Part shown: in pieces, positions 1 to 8,605 of the stretch
Layout of the letters: the number at the start of each line of letters is the position of its first letter
Numbering within the stretch: position 1 is the stretch's first letter
Assembly (NCBI GenBank): GCA_963815455.1
Contig: CAWFGO010000007.1
Location: 1-31,931, forward strand
From: an uncultured Verrucomicrobiae bacterium
Lineage (GTDB): Bacteria; Verrucomicrobiota; Verrucomicrobiia; Chthoniobacterales; UBA10450
Reading direction: 5' to 3'
DNA: 31,931 bases
Position numbers and translations under genes: made by a program
Notes under the pieces: model-generated
Told to the model about the DNA's origin: nothing
What the model saw: the letters and a program-made list of their open reading frames with translations, nothing else
Database searches by the model: none

Positions 1-96
1 TCCAAGCGCTGTTTTTTGCGGATCTTGCCACCGGCCAAAATAGTAGTCCCGTGGCCGATCGTTTCAACAGTGGATGCTCCGGCGCTTGATTTCATC

Positions 97-240
97 TTGA
101 CCCTGCGGCGCAGCCTCGTCAGAATATAGTCTGCGCCAGAGTGCCAGGCTCTCTCTTTCCAATATAGCCTAGCCAACAGCACCGGGCACTCTGGCTGGGA
201 AACTGCGGTCGGGCAGGTCCGCAACAGAAAGGATCCAATG
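97..240 (+). promoter_or_regulatory. sigma70-like promoter plus structured 5' leader of the first dockerin-tailed gene
   Basis: TTGACC(97-102)-17 bp-CAGAAT(120-125). Perfect 11-bp inverted repeat GCCAGAGTGCC(135-145)/GGCACTCTGGC(185-195) enclosing AGGCT/AGCCT stem. GAAAGGAT SD-like box at ~227-234. The same layout recurs at 4575-4708. Confidence 0.55.
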
Positions 241-280
241 TGATGCGGAAATTCGCATACTCGCTGTAGGAGTCGAGCGC

Positions 281-3200
281 ATGAAAGCCCTTGCGATTCC
301 GGAGCCCGAGCGCGCGTGTTTAGTTTCGAGCGCGGATCACCATTCTGCCGCCCACTGCTTCTCTCAGACTCCCTCGCTCCGCGGCGCCACGCGACCCCTG
401 ACTGGTTGCCGGAGCGGCTCGGTGACCAGTAAACCCCTGGCAGTTCCGAGGCCCTTTGCACTTGTGTTGGTTGCCATATTAATAACCCTGGCCCCGTCCG
501 CGCAGGCCACATCCCATGAATGGCACGGCGGCAATTTTTCCGAATCTGGGATCCCCAATCCCCTGCCTTCGTCGGATTCGGCGAACTTGTTCAGTCCCAT
601 CAATAACACTCCTAATTTTGATGTGGACTTTGACAATATGGGCACGGTCACCTACCGCGACAGCGGGCTCGTTTTCGCCGATGGGGTGGTCGTGACCAAC
701 GACGGAGAATGGACCTCCTTGGACGATCATGATTTGCTCAGATTCAACGTGCCGACCGAACCGATTTTCATCAACCACGGCACCTTTCGTAAGAGCGGCG
801 GAACCGGCTCGACCACGATCTATCTGAAGTTGACCAACAGCGGCGAAATCCGGGCCGATTCCGGCGTGATTTCACTGAACAACCTATTCAAGGTCTTCGG
901 TGCCGGCACCCAGTTCACCGGGGCCGGGCAAATCAAGATCAATAACGGCGGGACCTTCGATGGCGAATTCACATCATCAAATCTCGAACTCAGGAGTGGT
1001 ACCTACACCGGGAACGGTGCGAAGCTCACCGGGGGAGGCCTCCTCTGGGCTGGCGGCGGTTTTGCAGGGGATTGGACCAATCAAGGCGTCATCGCTGCCC
1101 AGGACGGCGGCGGCGGGCTGGGTTGGGGAGCGGGCGTGCCGGGCGGCGTGACATTCACTAACGACAATTCCATCGTGTGCAATGGCCCATTAACCGGCGG
1201 ATTTATGGTAGTGGGCGGCGATTCTCAGATTACCAACGACAGCGCGTTCGCGCTTCAAATGTCCAGTGGGGCAGTGTTTGGCTGGAACCACCAGGGTTCC
1301 CTCCCAACCTTCACCAACAACCTGCTTCTCCAGAAAACATACCCGAATGTGACCTCCGAAGTCTTCTTTGGCGACATCAATTTCGTAAATACTGGGACCG
1401 GCAGAATCCAGGTCGCCGAGAGTCCCGTTGACCAGCCGAATACGCTAGTTTTCAATGGCCCGGCCACCTTCCAAGACGGGACAACCTTTGAGACCGATGG
1501 CTTCTCATCGTCTGCGGTAGTAAACCACGACGCGACCTTTCAAGGACGATATTTACTCACAGGCCTGTCCGGTAGCGTTCCTCTTGTCCTCGAAAACGGC
1601 ATTTTCCAAGGCGTAGATGCCCACATGACCGGGACCGAAGCAACAGGATGGGAGGGCGGGACCCTTCAGGGCGACTGGACTAACGAGGCCCGACTGTACG
1701 TCAGCGGGATCTCGGTGTCGCACGCGATCGACGGCCATTTCACCAACAGTGGTTTCATGGCCTGGTACGGGGCGGACTTGTCCCTGATTGCGGGCACTGT
1801 GTTCGACAACCGGGGCATTTTCACCATGCCGGCCGATCTGAACATGAACGCGGATGGTACCGCAACGTTCCACAACTTCGACAACGTTTACAAGCAGGGC
1901 GACCAGACAACGAACATTCGTGCCGATGCCATCAACGACTCCGGCGCTGAGATTTTCATCGATGCCGGGACGCTGAAGTTCTTTCAGACTTTGACCCAGC
2001 GGGGCACCATCTCCCTTCACAATGCCGTGCTGGAGGTGCCCAACCAGACGGAGAACCGCGGCATTATCGACGGCACCGGCACGCTTGTTGTCACCGGTCA
2101 AGGTAACATTATCAATCACGGCTTTGTCGCGCCCGGGCTCTTGCCCGGCGGGCTGTCGATCCAAGGCAATCTCGGCACGCTGATGATCGACGGCGCTTAC
2201 ACGCATGCCAGTGACGCCGTTTTGGAGGTCGACTTGCAGGATGTCGCCAACGTCGATCACCTGACGATCGACGGCGATGTCAGCCTGCTAGGTGGAGAAC
2301 TGGCGTTGTCCTGCTACAACTGCAATTTCCAAGTCGGCCAGACTCTAGACATTCTGGAGGCAACCGGGCAACTCACCGGCGCCTTCGACGCGGTCACCCT
2401 GAACGGCTTCAGTCAAGGCTGGCAGTTCGACGTCAGCTACGACTACGCAGCGGGGATCGTCCGGCTGACGGTGCTGAGCGTCCCTGAAAATCCTCCTTAT
2501 GTTGAAATCACTGAAAGAGTGCTGGCACGTTTCTCCCAAGGGTTTGATGCGCCTGTGGAGATGCTTACTTGGAACGGGCACACCGCCATCGACACGGGCG
2601 GCAATCCTACCATCCCTATCACCGATCTCGGTGCGCCGGTTCACGTGCGCAAAAGAACGATACTGTTGGACGACGTGCTGATCGCACCAAAACTTACGTT
2701 TAGCGGCGGTCGTGTTGGTTACTCGATCGTGAGTTCGAAGGACCTTGAGAGCAACAGTAAGGGGGGTCCTCCCGCGTCTCCGGTCGCGGCCGTTGTCGGT
2801 TCCAACCTGACCGACGTTTCTTTGCGGCCGCCGAATAACTACAATGACCTGGACGTATCAGTTTTTGGTTTTAGCCCGTCTCCACTGGCGTCCCCTGGCC
2901 TGATTCCATCCACCCCTGGTGGCGTCGGGAATGGCAACGGCACTGTTATCGTCTGGCCCTACGGCCTCGGTCCCAATCCACCCACTGCAATCGGCGTCGC
3001 CACCGATACTTCCTATTTCAATGCCGCGCAATTGGGCGACTCTGTGCCGCCGCGACCGAGCCCGACACCTTCTGGAGTCGGAACGACTTTTACGAGTTTT
3101 GGAACGGTCGCTGCCGCTCAGAATTACGCCGGCTTTATTGCCAATGGTCAGGCCTTTAGCGGGGTCTATACGAAAAAGTTATCAGACGGAATCGTGCGAA

Positions 3201-4366
3201 CTGTGGCCGAAGGGCTGGGCTTGGGAAACGCGTATGGCAACATGAACGAGGTCTTCTTTCACGGAGATACCGGCGTGATTTTCCGCTCCGATACCGGCAT
3301 CTATCGCGGAAACACAGAGGGCGCGACCGCGGCAGTCCCGATTATCCTGAACGGTCAGGAATTCGCGCCGGGAAGAATTTATCGGTCCGGAACTTTGACC
3401 GACGTAGATGGCGATTTCGCCGCCGTGGCCGGAAGTGCGGACAACTTCCTTAGCACTCTCTTCATTCTGAATCTGACGACCAACACTCTGCAGGATATTC
3501 TGCAACAGGGCGCACCCATTCCGGGAAGCGGGACGGGTGAAACCTTCGGTTTTCTGCAACGGGCTGGGATCTCACCGACAATGGTCGTGTTCGAAGGTTT
3601 CAACCAGAGTTTTCAGTACGCGGGGCTGTTTGCATGGGTGAACGGCACCGTGTTGCCCATCATTCGGCCGGGACAAACTCTCGATGGAAAGACGGTTCAG
3701 ACGCTCGGCTTCCAGTCGGCCGCGGTGGATGCCAGCGTAATGGCTTTTACCGCTTACTTTACGGACGGAACTGCCGCGACTTATGTGGCGCGGATTGGTG
3801 TTACGCAGTTCGTCGGCGCCGTCTCTCGAAAAACGCACGGCGCGACCGGTACATTCGACATCAACCTTCCGCTGACCGGCTCGCCCGGAGTAGAATGCCG
3901 GACAGGCGGCGCCGGCGGCAACCACACCATCGTCGTCGGTTTGTCACACACTGTTATCAGCGGCGATGCCAGCGTGACCGCGGGCGTCGGAAGCGTAATG
4001 GGAAGCCCAAGTTTTTCGGGGAATACCATGACGGTTGAACTTACCGGCGTGACCGACGGGCAAACCATTACCCTGACATTGTCGAATGTTACCGATAGTT
4101 CCGCCCAGGTTCTGCCGGATATTGCACTGACGTTTCAGCTTCTACTGGGCGACACCAGCGGGAATGGTTTGGTGAACTCTTCGGATGTCGCGCAGACCAA
4201 GGCGCAATCCGGGGTAGTCGTGACCGGCGCCAATGCTCGCGAGGATGTAAACACAAGCGGCACCATCAGCAGTTCCGATATCGCACTGGTCAAATCGCGT
4301 TCCGGTTCCGGCATCATGACGTCCACGAAAAACCGGTCAAAAAAAGCGGCCTCGCTTCGCAGGTAG
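281..4366 (+). CDS. large secreted protein: autotransporter-passenger-like beta-helix N-terminus, central beta-rich module, C-terminal 'VSRKTHG' Ig-like domain + dockerin type I-like pair
   Basis: Intact 1361-aa ORF. Signal-like segment 'FALVLVAILITLAPSAQA' (true start may be downstream of 281). G/N/T-rich repeats ('FINHGTFRKSGGTGSTTI'). Dockerin-like EF-hand loops 'GDTSGNGLVNSSDV' and 'EDVNTSGTISSSDI'. Confidence 0.8.
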   Translation: MKALAIPEPERACLVSSADHHSAAHCFSQTPSLRGATRPLTGCRSGSVTSKPLAVPRPFALVLVAILITLAPSAQATSHEWHGGNFSESGIPNPLPSSDSANLFSPINNTPNFDVDFDNMGTVTYRDSGLVFADGVVVTNDGEWTSLDDHDLLRFNVPTEPIFINHGTFRKSGGTGSTTIYLKLTNSGEIRADSGVISLNNLFKVFGAGTQFTGAGQIKINNGGTFDGEFTSSNLELRSGTYTGNGAKLTGGGLLWAGGGFAGDWTNQGVIAAQDGGGGLGWGAGVPGGVTFTNDNSIVCNGPLTGGFMVVGGDSQITNDSAFALQMSSGAVFGWNHQGSLPTFTNNLLLQKTYPNVTSEVFFGDINFVNTGTGRIQVAESPVDQPNTLVFNGPATFQDGTTFETDGFSSSAVVNHDATFQGRYLLTGLSGSVPLVLENGIFQGVDAHMTGTEATGWEGGTLQGDWTNEARLYVSGISVSHAIDGHFTNSGFMAWYGADLSLIAGTVFDNRGIFTMPADLNMNADGTATFHNFDNVYKQGDQTTNIRADAINDSGAEIFIDAGTLKFFQTLTQRGTISLHNAVLEVPNQTENRGIIDGTGTLVVTGQGNIINHGFVAPGLLPGGLSIQGNLGTLMIDGAYTHASDAVLEVDLQDVANVDHLTIDGDVSLLGGELALSCYNCNFQVGQTLDILEATGQLTGAFDAVTLNGFSQGWQFDVSYDYAAGIVRLTVLSVPENPPYVEITERVLARFSQGFDAPVEMLTWNGHTAIDTGGNPTIPITDLGAPVHVRKRTILLDDVLIAPKLTFSGGRVGYSIVSSKDLESNSKGGPPASPVAAVVGSNLTDVSLRPPNNYNDLDVSVFGFSPSPLASPGLIPSTPGGVGNGNGTVIVWPYGLGPNPPTAIGVATDTSYFNAAQLGDSVPPRPSPTPSGVGTTFTSFGTVAAAQNYAGFIANGQAFSGVYTKKLSDGIVRTVAEGLGLGNAYGNMNEVFFHGDTGVIFRSDTGIYRGNTEGATAAVPIILNGQEFAPGRIYRSGTLTDVDGDFAAVAGSADNFLSTLFILNLTTNTLQDILQQGAPIPGSGTGETFGFLQRAGISPTMVVFEGFNQSFQYAGLFAWVNGTVLPIIRPGQTLDGKTVQTLGFQSAAVDASVMAFTAYFTDGTAATYVARIGVTQFVGAVSRKTHGATGTFDINLPLTGSPGVECRTGGAGGNHTIVVGLSHTVISGDASVTAGVGSVMGSPSFSGNTMTVELTGVTDGQTITLTLSNVTDSSAQVLPDIALTFQLLLGDTSGNGLVNSSDVAQTKAQSGVVVTGANAREDVNTSGTISSSDIALVKSRSGSGIMTSTKNRSKKAASLRR

Positions 4367-4574
4367 CTCGCAATCGCAAACGGGGAGTCTGGTCCCAATC
4401 CAACGGGTAGCCGCTGTAGAGACCATGCCGTCGTCTGGACAGTTTCATGTCGCATATGCAACACAGAACTGTCCAAGCCATCCGCTCCGAATCGGGCTCG
4501 TGCTCTAATCGTGATCGAACCGGCATCTGGTCTGGGACAATGCTGAATCGCGTCTTGATTTCTCCGGAAGTTTC

Positions 4575-4708
4575 TTGACCCGGCCTCGGCGTCCTGACCA
4601 GAATCGACCGTGCGTCAGGGCGTTGAGGCCCTCTGTCTGTTTAACGCAGGACCTGACTCTCTGGCCGGAACCGCGGTCGCAAGGCGTCCGCCAACGAAAG
4701 GATAATCC
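4575..4708 (+). promoter_or_regulatory. second copy of promoter + structured leader
   Basis: TTGACC(4575-4580)-18 bp-CAGAAT(4599-4604). Stems GTCAGG(4614-4619)/CCTGAC(4652-4657) and GCGTTGA/TTAACGC. CTCTGGC..GGAA..GCGGTCG..GTCCGC..GAAAGGAT shared with 188-234. Confidence 0.5.
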
Positions 4709-6722
4709 ATGAACACGATATCGATTGAACCCTTAGCTCGTTACTCCGCATTCACCTCCGCGATCAATAAAAGATCGCTTGTTTTTTTCCTTGCTGCGCT
4801 TGGGTCGATGAGCGTCACGTCACCCGGTCCCGCCCAGGACGTTCACGAGGACAACTTTGAGATTATTCGTCGAATACTCCAGCGGCCCGTCCCCCCCGCC
4901 GATCCCGTCGACATACCAGATAACCTCTTCACCTATAATGATCATGCGGCGATCGATACAGGCGGTAATCCAACGGTCCCGCTGGAGGATCTGCAACCGG
5001 TCTGGAACGTTTCGGTAGCAAGCGACATCGCCCGCTTTGTTGGAATCGGCATCGACATTGTCGTTCACAACGGACGCCGCGCCTATCCCATCGGCCGATC
5101 AGATGAGATCTCGGATTATTTTTTCAACGGTGGGCCAGCGCCGGACGCTACCGCCCCGGTTGTCGGCGCCAATTTGTCCGATCCGAATCTGAGACCGCCA
5201 ACTCCGCCATCGAGCCCGTTTTGGGCCGATGGGCTGCCATCACTTTTTCCGCCTGTGCAGGATTTCGGCCCTGCCGGTGCCGCCGAAAGCGGGGCGAATG
5301 CGGTCATCTGGCCGTATGGAGAGGACTCCAATCCTCCCACTGCCATTGGTCTTATCACTGAGACCTCGTACTCCAACGTGGCCCACCTGGGCGATTCGGT
5401 GCCGCCGCGCCCGAGTCCGACGCCTTCCGGAGTCGGCACCACTTATACTAGCTTTGGCGCAGTCGCCATAGCTCGGGATTATGCCGCCTTCATCGCCAAT
5501 GGCCAGGCTTTCACCGGCGTTTACACCAGGAAGTTTTCCGACGGAGTAATCCGGGCCGCCGTGGAAGGGCTCGGCTTTGGGCATCCCTACGGCAACATGA
5601 ACGAGGTCTTCTTTCACGGAAATACCGGCGTGATTTTTCGCTCCGACAACGGCATCTACCGCGGTCACTCCGAGGGCACGACGAAACCGGTCCCTATTAT
5701 TTTTGAATGGCCAGCAGTTCGCACCCGGCAGGATTTATCGCTCCGGCACGTTGACTGATGTGGACGGCGATCTGGCCGCGGTGGCCGGAAGCGCCGACAA
5801 TTTTCTGAGCACGATCTTCATTCTCGATCTGACGACCGACACACTCCAGGCGATCGTCCAGCAAGGCGCGCCTATCCCTGGAAGCATGACTGGCGATACG
5901 TTCGGTTTTCTCCAGCGAGCCGCAATCTCGGAGGCGATGGTGGTCTTCGAAGGATTCAATCAGAGTTTTCAGTACGTCGGTCTTTTTGCCTGGGTGGCTG
6001 GCCAGGTTTACCCGCTTGTCCTCAAGGGACAAATGTTCGACGGAAAAGTGATCCAAAACATTGGCTATCAACCCGGCGCGGTGGATGCCAACGCGATGGG
6101 TTTTACCGCCTACTTCACGGATGGCAGTGCTGCCGCTTACCTGGCCAGGGTCGGGCCTACGCAGCTTACCGCCGCTGTGTCGCGAAAAACACACGGCTCG
6201 GCTGGAACTTTCGACATCAATCTTCCCATTACCGGCACGCCCGGGGTGGAATGCCGCAGCGGCGGCGCCGGCGGCAATCACACGATTGTTTTTGGATTTT
6301 CTCACAGTGTGGTGAGCGGCGACGCCAGTGTGACCGACGGCACCGGTAGCGTGATGGGAAGCCCCACGTTTTCGGGAACTACCATGACCGTGGAACTTTC
6401 CGGCGTCGCTGACGCGCAACCCATTACCCTGACGTTGCAAAACGTAACCGACAATGCTGCCAATGTTCTGCCCGACCTAACATTGACCTTCCACGTCCTT
6501 CTGGGCGACACGAATGGAAACAATTCGGTGAACGCCTCCGATATCGCGCAGACCAAGGCGCAATCCGGCATGGCCGTGACCAGCGCCAATGCTCGCCAGG
6601 ATGTAAACGAAAACGGGACCGTCAGCAGTTCCGATATCTCGCTCATCAAATCGCGTACCGGCGCGTCCGCCACCGCAGGTTCGAAAAGCCGATCGAAAAG
6701 ATCAGCGCCTTTACGCCGGTGA
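4709..6722 (+). CDS. secreted dockerin-tailed protein, shorter paralog of 281..4366 (one +1 frameshift at ~5700-5704)
   Basis: ORFs 4709..5758 and 5703..6722 align end to end with the C-terminal ~600 aa of the first gene ('HxAIDTGGNPT', 'LGDSVPPRPSPTPSGVGTT', 'VSRKTHG'). A T5 run at 5700-5704 breaks 'PIILNGQ'; removing one T restores it. Confidence 0.8.
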
Positions 6723-6804
6723 GGAGCCCTGGCGTTGACGGGTAAAAATCGGTCGCTTTCACCTTGCGCATCACGCCGAAGGGCGATTAGTGTCGCTGCG
6801 CGTT

Positions 6805-7047
6805 ATGCGATTTCGATTGGAAAGTGCGCCGCGATTCTGGGCGGCGCGGCCCTGATTTCATTTGTTCCTGCGAACAACATCACCTGGGCGAAATGCCCGA
6901 GGTGCAAAAGGAGCATGTCGATCCTGCGACGGGCATGAAGAAAGCGCGGAGGCGGTCACCGAAACATCGACATCGCCTGCGCCTGCGGCCCAACCGGCGT
7001 CGCCGACACCAACGCCGGCTGAATTTTTCCCCGCGAAGTCTCGTTAG
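6805..7047 (+). CDS. small putative lipoprotein with Pro/Ala/Thr-rich tail (frameshifted)
   Basis: Pieces in three frames join into a hydrophobic stretch 'AAILGGAALISF', then 'SCEQHHLGEMPEVQKEH' (lipobox-like Cys), then 'TSPAPAAQPASPTPTPAEFFPAKSR*'. Ends 15 bp before the POT start. Confidence 0.45.
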
Positions 7048-7062
7048 TCAAAGAAAGTCGTA

Positions 7063-8596
7063 ATGGCCAAACACAAATACGCGACATCGCCGCCCAACAT
7101 CGCGACGATGCCGCCGGGCGTCCCGTTCATCATCGGCAACGAAGCGGCCGAGCGCTTCATTCTGGGATGCACTCGATCCGGATCATTTCATAACGCAATA
7201 TCTCGTCACGAAAATGGAGCGCCCGATCACATGAGTGACGCGGAGGCGCGCGGCAATTTTCATAACTTCGTAACGGCTGTCTACGCGCTGCCAATCCTCG
7301 GCGCGATTCTCGCGGAAACTTTCTGGGCAAGTATCAACGATTTTCTGGCTTTCGATTGTTTACTGCCTTGGCCATTTCGCTTTGGCCTTAAATGATACAC
7401 GGCTTGGATTGTTGATTGGCCTTGGCCTGATCTCGCTGGGTTCTGGCGGCATCAAGCCGTGCGTCTCTGCGAACGTGGGCGATCAGTTCGGTGAATCCAA
7501 TAAGCATCTGCTCTCGAAAGTTTTCGGCTGGTTTTATTTCTCGATCAACGCCGGCTCGTTTCTTTCCACAATTCTTTGCCCACTCCTGTTGAATGATCCG
7601 CGATGGGGACCGCGCTACGCGTTTGGTTTGCCCGGTATCGCCATGGTGATTGCGACAATCTTCTTTTGGCTCGGTCGCAAGAAATTCGTGCATATCCCTC
7701 CAGGCGGCACCCGTTTTGTCCGGCAGTTCTTCGTCGAAGGTCTTGGCGTGCTTGGGCTCATTTTCGTTGTTCCGTTTCTATTGATGATCGGTCGCGGGCT
7801 CGCGCTGCCCCGGCTGGACGGGACCGGTACGATGCCGCTCGATCGGGAATCATTTCGTAAGTGACAAGCATGAGTACGGCATTGGCGTTCTTGGCCGATT
7901 GTTGATCATTTACGTTTTCGTGGCGGTGTTCTGGTCGCTTTGGGACCAGAGCAGCGGTGGAGCCTGGACGTTGCAGTGTCGAAAAATGGATCTGCATTTT
8001 TTTGGGATGAACCTCCTGCCCGAGCAAGTGCAGACAGCGAATCCAATCATGATTCTGCTGTTTATCCCTCTCGTGACTTATGTGATTTATCCGGCGATTA
8101 GCAGCTTCTTCCCGCTCACTCCGTTGCGCAAAATCGGTATTGGTCTGTTTCTCACCGGAGGCAGCTTCCTTGTTATCGCCTATATCCAGCAACTGATCGA
8201 TGCGGGCGGGAAACCTACGGTGTGGTGGCAATTCCTTGCCTACGTCATTCTGACCATGGGTGAAGCAATGGTCTCAATTACCGGCCTCGAGTTTTCCTAC
8301 ACCCAAGCGCCGAACAAAATGAAGAGCGCAGTCATGGCTCTTTGGTTGTTCGCGGTAGCGTCGGGGAACAAGATCACGGCATCGGTTAACTTTTTTATCC
8401 TGAATCCCGACGGCACCACGAAGATGAGTGATTACCAGTAGACCATCTCTTCTTCGCCGCCCTGATGTTCGTCACCGCGTGCGTCTTTGTCCTCGTTGCA
8501 TGCTTCTACAAGGGACGCACTTATCTGCAATCACAGGAGCTGACGCCCGACGAAAAGGCTACCGAGCCGGTTCTTTCCGGCGGTGCACCAACCTAA
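7063..8596 (+). CDS. POT/PTR family proton-dependent oligopeptide transporter (several frameshifts)
   Basis: ExxER motif 'GNEAAERF', PTR motifs 'GSGGIKPCVSANVGDQF' and 'FYFSINAGS', 'FWSLWDQ', 'GLEFSYTQAP'. Last TM and tail 'FFAALMFVTACVFVLVACFYKGRTY...GGAPT*' end at TAA 8594-8596. Confidence 0.88.
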
Positions 8597-8605
8597 TATT
8601 AAGAA

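Noticed and set aside
1..95. Possible 5' end of a minus-strand gene (ATG at 95, MKSSAGASTVETIGHG...)
   Set aside because: Only ~31 codons visible with no recognisable motif; cannot be supported.
5700..5704. Programmed frameshift or phase variation in the second dockerin gene
   Set aside because: The T5 run is too short for a typical contingency tract, and similar indels are widespread in the window.
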